From positions 1-15,567 of the forward strand of contig NW_021825478.1 in the NCBI RefSeq assembly GCF_006345805.1: 15,567 bases of DNA, written 5' to 3'. Position 1 is the stretch's first letter, and the number at the start of each line of letters is the position of its first letter. A program made the translations under genes and the position numbers. The DNA comes from Octopus sinensis. Its lineage: Eukaryota. The notes beneath the pieces were generated by a model that had not been told where the DNA came from, did no database searches, and saw only the letters and a program-made list of their open reading frames with translations. Below are positions 9,338 through 15,567 of this stretch, one piece after another.

Positions 9338-10935
9338 ATAACCCGGAAAAGTCAGTGGGTTTGCTACTCGGCACCTGAAGAAGCAAGCCCATACCGCCCA
9401 ACAGCGACTCAGTAGTGGGACGCTGGACGGACGGACCGGTTAAATTGCTCGGGGTCTGGTTCAGTCTGGACCTCCAAATGGATAAGAACTGGGACGAGAT
9501 CACGAGTAGAGTGGTCGCTCTCAGCCAAATGTGGGCCGAGAGAAAGCTGTCTCTAAAAGGTCGGGCGGAGGTGGCTAATGCGTATATCGCATCAATCATC
9601 GATTACCGCCTGACCGTCGTGCCTTGTTTCGATGCTACCATCACGAAATTAGAACGCATACTCTTCCGCTTTCTGTGGAAGGATGGCGTTCCGATGGTGA
9701 GGCGATCCATTTGCTGTTAACATCCGTTAAATGGAGGACTGGACATGCCGTGGTTAATGAGGTGCAGGCATGCGCTGAGACTGCGGCATCTCTGGAACTT
9801 CGACGATGGTGAAGAGGTGTGGGCGCCGTTTGTGAGCGCGCTTTCCCGCAGCTCGTCTCACTGACCGAACTGCAAACATGGATCAAAAAGAGACCGAAAC
9901 TGGGCGATTGGCACCGAGAGTGTCGCCAAGCTCTACAGCAGCTCTGCCGCCCGGGATCAAACTTGTGCAACTTCCAAACGACCAACGCGTTCTATAGAGG
10001 ACTAGTGGAGGGGAGGTCCGACGTCACACTCGGGGCAAACCTGGGCGTCGACGAGAAATTCCTAACCCGCCTTTTCAGGACGACGTTTGGACCAGGGCCT
10101 ATAGATAACTTCCAAAGATCTCTGGCTTGGCAATGCTATCGAGACGCACTACCAGTTCGAGAGAAGAGCTACAGACACGGTTCGAAGACCACCGGACCGA
10201 CCTGCTCGAGATGCGATCAGAGCGACGAAACCGTTCTGCACGCATTCGTGTAGTGTTCAGATACTTCAGAGCTGTGGACCTTTGTCGAACAGCTGGTGTC
10301 GCGTGTGGGACGGGCCCACTTATCAGCCGAGTCTATCGTGAATATTGTTCTGCCACCTTCCTTTAAACGGGAAGGAAAGACAGTTTTCGTAACACTGATA
10401 GCTACGGCGAAAGAATGCGTGTGGTGGACGCGTTTGAAAGGCCTACAAACAAACACTTTCCTCTCTGGTCAGTCTCTCATCAACTTGAAAAAGTTGATGA
10501 AAAGGAAGGTGAGAATAGAGAGGAAAGTATTGTCGAATGAAAGTTTTTTAAAAAAATGGGTAAATGTGACAAGAATGGTCAGTATGAAAGACGACACCAT
10601 TTTAAGCATAAATCTGTAACAAAAAGAGAAAACGAGAGGAAAGGTTCTTACTCTCATGGACATTTTGAACTGCCTGAGGTGACCTTGGTCTTTTTTGTAG
10701 GTTTTTCTTTCCAAGGCTACACCTAAACCGTAAACAATATCGTTTCCCCACCCTTTTTGGGGAACTTTATATATATATGTCTTTCCTTTTTTTTGTACAT
10801 AACACAGCCCAACGATCCCTATTGATCGGACTTTTTCTTTATGTGTCCCACCCATCCGACCTCGAAAAGAAAAACTATTACATTGTATTTCGTCTATTTC
10901 TGTTTTAGCCCTGTGTGGCCATAATAAACTAACTA
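9338..10935 (+). mobile_element. 5'-truncated L1/Tx1-clade non-LTR retrotransposon, copy A (ORF2 C-terminal part plus 3' UTR)
   Basis: Translates to NPEKS...VKLLGVWF...W..RKLSLKGRAEVANAYIAS..YRLTVVP...LFRFLWKDG...GGLDMP (post-RT region) and WQCYRDALP...CSRCDQSDETVLHAFVxC (zf-RVT-like CCHC). The 3' UTR ends in AATAAA (10923-10928) with no poly(A). Confidence 0.9.
9340..10619 (+). pseudogene. Disabled ORF2 (RT thumb to zinc finger and C-terminus) of Tx1 copy A
   Basis: Premature stops TGA 9376-9378 (Trp in copy B), TAA 9718-9720 and TAG 10251-10253 (both Gln in copy B), plus a frameshift near 9830-9840. Confidence 0.88.
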
Positions 10936-11035
10936 TATCTATCTATCTATCTATCTATCTCTAGATCTATCTATCTATCTATCTATCTATATCTATCTAT
11001 CTATCGTATATCTATTCTATCTATCTATCCTATCT

Positions 11036-11065
<30 letters not shown>
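10936..11065. repeat. (TATC)n array between Tx1 copies A and B
   Basis: About 130 bp of TATC with a few interruptions. Confidence 0.96.
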
Positions 11066-11067
<2 letters not shown>

Positions 11068-12767
11068 GCCACGAGCACATCGAGCTGGTCGGCGAGACAC
11101 TGAAAAACTACGAAGCCCGGTGACAGAGCGAAAATCAACCGGGAAAAAGTCAGTGGGCTTGCGACTAGGCACCTGGAGAAGCAAGCCCATGCCGTCCACA
11201 GCGCCTCCGTCGTGGACGCTGGACCTACGGCCGAGTTGAGTTGCTCGGGGTCTGGTTTGGTCCGACCTCCAAGTGGAGAAGAGACTGGAACGAGATAACG
11301 AGTAGGGTGGTCAATCTCGCCCGGCAATGGGCCGAGAGGAAACGTCCCTAAAAGGTCGAGCGGAGGTGGCGAACACGTACATCGCGTCCGTCATCTACTA
11401 CCGCCTGACCGTCGTACCTTGTCCCGACCCTACCATCACCAACTACAACGCATCCTCTTCGCGTTCTTGTGGAAAGGATGCGTCCCGATGGTCAGGCGAT
11501 CCATTGGTGTCAACACCGTTAAAAAGGAGGGCTGGGCATGCCAGTGGTTGATGATGCGCAGACACGCGCTGAGACTGCGACATCTCTGGCTCTATGTAGA
11601 CGACGGTGAACAGTGTGGTCGCCGTTTGTGAGGCACGCTTTCCCGCAGCTCGTCTCCATGACCGCAACTGCAGTCGTGGATCAAAAAGAGGCGAGGAAGG
11701 GCGAATGGCACCGCAGTGTCGCATGCTCTCAACCAAACTCAACACAACCCTATAGGGTTTAGTGGAGGGGAGGTACGACGACGAGCTCGGGGCGAACCCT
11801 GGACGTCGACGAGGAGTACCTGACCCGCCTGTTCAGGACGACTTTCGGGCCAAGGCCCATGGACAACTTCCAGAGATCCCTGGCTGGCAGTGCTACCGAG
11901 AAGCGCTACCCGTTCGGGATAAGCTCTACAGACACGGCTCGAGAAAAAACACGGGGCCGACCTGCCCGAGATGCGGTCAGAGCGACGAAAACGTTCTGCA
12001 CGCACTAGTTCAGTGTCCAAACAATTTCCGACCTGTGGGCTTATGTCGAACAATGCTGTCACGTGTGGGACGAGTCGGTTTATCAGCTGAGTCTATCGTC
12101 AATATTGTCACGCCTCCTTCCTTCAAACGGGGAAGGAAGAGCTATTTATCATCCTTGTGGCTATGGCGAAGGAATGTATCTGGTGGACGCGTCTGAAAGG
12201 ATTGGAGACAAACACTTCCTCTCTGGTCAATCTCTCATCAAACTTCTTCAAGTACCACTTGAAAAGGAAAGTGAGAGTAGAGAGGCAGTTTTTGTCTAGC
12301 GAATGTTTTAAAAAAAGATGGGTGAATGTAGCAAGAATGGCACGTATGAATGACGCGAAGCCACCTGAGCATAGTCCTATGAACCCAGAAATCGAAAACA
12401 GAGAGTTGCTTATTTGCAAAAAAAAAAAAAAAAAAAAAAAGAAATAAAATGTGACTTCATTGACGAGGTTACCGTGGTCTTTTCCGTAGGCTTTTCTTTC
12501 CACGGGTAAACCTCACCTGTCCTCCCCTACACTTCATATTGACATTTCTGTGATAACGATCCCTATTGATCAATTTTTTTTTTTTCTTTTTTTTTCCGCT
12601 CCCCTTTTTTTTTTAACCCCCTTTTTTTGTCCTCTTTCTCTCCTTTTACGATCCCTTTGATGATCGAAACTCCCCTTCCTTTTTTTTTTTTTTTAAACCT
12701 TCAAAAGAAAAGCTCTACCTTGTAATTTGTTCTATCTTGTGTGCAGCCGTGTGGCTAATAAGAAACA
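11066..12767 (+). mobile_element. 5'-truncated L1/Tx1-clade non-LTR retrotransposon, copy B (frameshifted ORF2 C-terminus plus 3' UTR)
   Basis: Homologous to copy A throughout, roughly 80% by eye: HIELVGETLKNYEA..KINREKSVGL, SLKGRAEVANTYIAS, WQCYREALP..CPRCGQSDENVLHALVQC, AKECIWWTRLKG..KKRWVNVARMA. It has many 1-bp indels and an ~40 bp deletion near 11725. The 3' end gccgtgtggctaataagaaaca runs directly into TATC. Confidence 0.9.
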
Positions 12768-13019
12768 TATCTATCTGTCTATCTATCTGTCTATCTATCT
12801 GTCTTCTATATCTATCTATCTATCTATCTATCATCTAATCTAATCTGTCTGTCTGTCTGTCTGTCTGTCTGTGTCTGTCTATCTGTCTGTCTGTCTGTCT
12901 GTCTGTTTGTCCATCCACTCACCTACTTACCTACATACCTACGTACCTACCTACCTTCCTACCTACCAACCTACATACCTACCTACCTACCTGTCTATGT
13001 ATCTGTCTACATACCTACC
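12768..13019. repeat. Compound (TATC)n-(TGTC)n-(TACC)n array at the 3' junction of Tx1 copy B
   Basis: TATC grades into TGTC and then TACC. Confidence 0.93.
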
Positions 13020-13146
13020 TAAAAGTTTGACTCAGCCCCACGTGACTTGACGCTTCGTAGGCGTGTAGGACATGCCCATCGCATTAGAAGTTAATGTAAT
13101 TCACCAAATGTACTAAATGCTACTTTCTTTTGCCTGTTCACTCATT

Positions 13147-13149
<3 letters not shown>

Positions 13150-13182
<33 letters not shown>

Positions 13183-13214
13183 ACACACACACACACACAC
13201 ATACATATATACAT
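13150..13214. repeat. (CA)n/(TA)n tract, probably the internal tract of the adjacent SINE
   Basis: Seen directly. Confidence 0.88.
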
Positions 13215-13366
13215 GACGGGATTCTTTCAGTTTCCGTCTACCAAATTCATTCTCAAGGCTTTTGATCGGTCCGAGGTTATAGTAGAAGACACTTGCCGAA
13301 GGTGTCACACAGTGGGACTGAACCCGGAATCAAGTAGTAGTGGGAAGCAAGCTTCTTACCACACAG

Positions 13367-13370
<4 letters not shown>
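13215..13370 (-). mobile_element. 5' half (tRNA head plus CORE-like part) of the SINE
   Basis: Minus strand gtggctgtgtggtaagaagcttg...ccgggttcagtcccactgtgtgacaccttcggcaagtgtcttctactataacctcgg...gaaactgaaagaatcccgtc matches the head of 8367-8772. Confidence 0.82.
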
Positions 13371-13401
<31 letters not shown>

Positions 13402-13442
13402 ACGTGAAAGTGAGAGAGAGAGAGAGAGGAGAGAGAGAGAAA
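13371..13442. repeat. (CA)n and (GA)n microsatellites
   Basis: Seen directly. Confidence 0.88.
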
Positions 13443-13680
13443 GGGAGTGATGAGAAGTGATGATATAATCAGTTCGACCGTTCTTTATCCTATTTTTAAG
13501 ATGGTTTTGTGTAAATTTCACTTAATTTGCATATTTTTGCAACATTGCCCTCATTATGAGATAATGAGATAATAATAACCACCCCCACACCCGCGTATCT
13601 ATATCAGCGCTTATATATTCGTGTGTGTGTGTGGGAGGATGAGTAAGTGTGTCCGTGTGTGTTGTGTGATCTCAGCTAAG

Positions 13681-13863
13681 GGTTGAAAACCGGTGGTGCT
13701 GGTTTGTTTATGTCCTTGTAACGTAGTGGTCGGCAATGGGAGTCCGACAGAATGAGAATAAGCTTGAGAATAAGTTTTGGATGCGATTTACTCGAACGAA
13801 TCCCTCAAGTAGGTGCCCCAGCATGGCCCGCAGGTCCAATGACTGAAGCAAAAAATTAAAAGA
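13681..13863 (+). mobile_element. Diverged 3' half of the SINE
   Basis: ggttgaaaacc..gtgctggtttgtttatgtccttgtaacgtagtggtcggcaa..ccagcatggcccgcaggtccaatgactgaagc..aaaaga is colinear with the SINE tail. Confidence 0.72.
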
Positions 13864-13869
13864 CTGAAA

Positions 13870-13950
13870 GTGTGTGCGTGTGTGTGCCGCGCGTATGTGT
13901 TTATGTGTGTGTGTGCGTATGTGCCCACGAGTGTGTGTGTGTGTGTGTGC
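13870..13950. repeat. (GT)n-rich microsatellite
   Basis: Seen directly. Confidence 0.85.
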
Positions 13951-14029
13951 TCGGGTTCGTTCATTACGTTCAGTGTTCAATACAATAAACATTTGCATAT
14001 TCCGGTAGTTCTTTCGTGGTAACTGCAAC

Positions 14030-14088
14030 GCTACTACTACTACTACTAAACTACTACTACTACTATACTACTGCTGCTGCTGCTGCTG

Positions 14089-14128
<40 letters not shown>

Positions 14129-14521
14129 AACTACTGCTGCTGCTGCTACTAAGCTGCTTGCTCATACTACTACTACTATTGCTGCTGCTGCTCATACTAC
14201 TACTACTACTACTACTACTATTACTACTGCTGCTGCTGCTGCTCATACTACTACTACTACTACTATGCTGCTGCTGCTCATACTACTACTACTACTACTA
14301 CTACTGCTACTACTGCTACTATTACTACTGCTGCTGCTGCTGCTGCTGCTCATACTACTACTACTACTACTACTACTACTGCTGCTACTACTACTACAAC
14401 TACAAGTACTACTTCTACTACCACCACCACCACCAGTACTGATGAAGATGATGATGAAGATGATGGTGATGATGATGGTGATGATGGTGGTGGTGGTGGT
14501 GGTGATGATGATGATGATGAT
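14030..14521. repeat. Compound trinucleotide array (CTA)n/(CTG)n-(CCA)n-(GAT)n/(GGT)n
   Basis: Seen directly; ends in (GAT)6 at 14504-14521. Confidence 0.93.
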
Positions 14522-14917
14522 TTCTTTTATCAACCACAGGAACGTGGATGAGAGGGACATCACAAAGACTGACAACAATCCGTGTGGAGCTTTACATAAA
14601 GGATGAGGAGAAAGAATCGGAAAAGATGCTGGAATGCAGCAAAAGGGCCCAGAATGAATGGGCTGACACGAAGGATGCAGTCCTTCTGAGGAAGAGCAAC
14701 CCCAGGGCCAATCAGGGAACCCCACAGAGCCTTCTCTCCTCTCCTTCGATCTACAGATGTATGCTTAGCGTAGGGCCATTCTCTCCTCGGTCACCCATCT
14801 GTTCACAAATTCACTGGGGCGTAGCACTTCATCCTCCGGTCCCCCGAACTCCCCACTTGAACTTGAAACGGTCGAGGAGAAAGGTGTCTTTCCTCCTTGA
14901 CGACCACAATTCTTTGC
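14522..14917 (-). mobile_element. Short 3' fragment of a divergent Tx1-like LINE (copy C)
   Basis: With one frameshift the minus strand gives KELWSSRRKDTFLLDRFKF...EDEVLRPSEFVNRWVTEERMALR* (stop 14765-14767). This aligns to the A/B C-terminus KECxWWTRLKG..NTFL..FFKY..ERQFLSSECFKKRWVNVARMA. The 3' end cctgtggttgataaaagaa resembles the A/B termini. Confidence 0.65.
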
Positions 14918-15026
14918 GCGCGCGCACATACTCACGCGCACATGCACACAGGGAAACATACGCATGCAAACACGCACATGCATACACACACACACGCACA
15001 CACACGCAAACACATGCACACACACC
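14918..15026. repeat. (GC)n/(CA)n-rich microsatellite
   Basis: Seen directly. Confidence 0.85.
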
Positions 15027-15088
15027 ATATTGAAGCACCCCAGGGACCAATCACAATAATAAATAATAATAATTATAATAATGATAAT

Positions 15089-15247
15089 GTGCTGTTTATC
15101 TTGATATGAGATCACCAGGTCGCGCACATATGGCTGTGATGCATGTGCCTGGTGTACCCTTATCAGATGGGTAGTCACGATGGGTATACTGGGCTTCGTA
15201 TATTTTACCCCAGTGTCACTTTAATGGCATGCACTGCTCTCTCACTC
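15089..15247 (+). mobile_element. Probable extreme 3' end of a LINE (Dong/R4-like) between (AAT)n tracts
   Basis: Non-repetitive island flanked by AAT-rich 15055-15088 and (AAT)5 at 15248-15262. No coding motif is visible, so the family is inferred from context. Confidence 0.45.
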
Positions 15248-15262
15248 AATAATAATAATAAT

Positions 15263-15567
15263 CCTCAACACTACACACTGTCCAAAACTTAGCCCTGATA
15301 GGAACAGCCCACGTCCTACGCAAGACACTATCAATCCAATAATACAACCTAAGCAAAATAACCTACAAATATAAGACACACTCTATATAGCATTTATCCA
15401 GTGAATTAAACTCCCACCAGCAAGCTAGGAAACCAAAGCATTACACGCTCAACACACAATATAAGCAGTAAAACAACAAAGGACAACGCCACACCTCAAG
15501 GAACGGAAAAATGACTAACACAATACAGTACTGGGAAGAGTTGGCACACTCCCAGCAGCAGAAGAGT
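15263..15567 (+). mobile_element. 5'-truncated Dong/R4-clade LINE: ORF C-terminus plus start of the 3' UTR, running off the window
   Basis: 15265-15342 encodes STLHTVQNLALIGTAHVLRKTLSIQ*, matching the QKxALLGTAHILRKxL terminus of R4/Dong restriction-like-endonuclease elements. It starts immediately after (AAT)5. Confidence 0.75.

Noticed and set aside
12418-12440. A23 run as the poly(A) tail of Tx1 copy B
   Set aside because: Homology to copy A's 3' UTR continues for about 330 bp beyond it, so it is an internal expansion of a purine tract.
10469-12503. Minus-strand ORFs over the Tx1 copies (for example 10469-10855, 11443-11745, 12123-12503)
   Set aside because: They are antisense shadows of the decayed ORF2 and UTR with no independent motifs.
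13525-13998. Two ATTTGCAT octamer motifs
   Set aside because: Expected by chance in AT-rich DNA, with no associated promoter or snRNA gene.
14539-15033. Plus-strand 161-aa ORF with an apparent splice acceptor (tttcttttatcaaccacag)
   Set aside because: It is better explained as the antisense strand of Tx1-like fragment C; the acceptor-like string is the reverse complement of that element's 3' terminus.

Overview
Eukaryotic, repeat-dominated non-coding DNA. It is most likely Octopus or another cephalopod, inferred from the tRNA-derived SINE family and the density of CA/TATG/TATC microsatellites. I can support no intact host gene; the long ORFs in the track come from stop-free repeat units or decayed retroelements. 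Contents: a ~2.7 kb 15-bp minisatellite; many microsatellites; two full-length and four partial copies of one tRNA-derived SINE; a Helentron/DINE-1-like non-autonomous element with a nested SINE; a Penelope-like fragment carrying a minimal type I hammerhead ribozyme motif; and five non-LTR retrotransposon fragments. The strongest signal is that the LINE fragments sit at specific microsatellites. Two diverged, 5'-truncated L1/Tx1-clade copies lie head-to-tail, each flanked on both sides by (TATC)n, which points to a (GATA)n/(TATC)n-targeting Tx1 family. A third, more distant Tx1-like 3' end abuts (ATC)n. One clear and one probable Dong/R4-type fragment sit in (AAT)n. All family assignments come from motif recognition by eye, not database searches.
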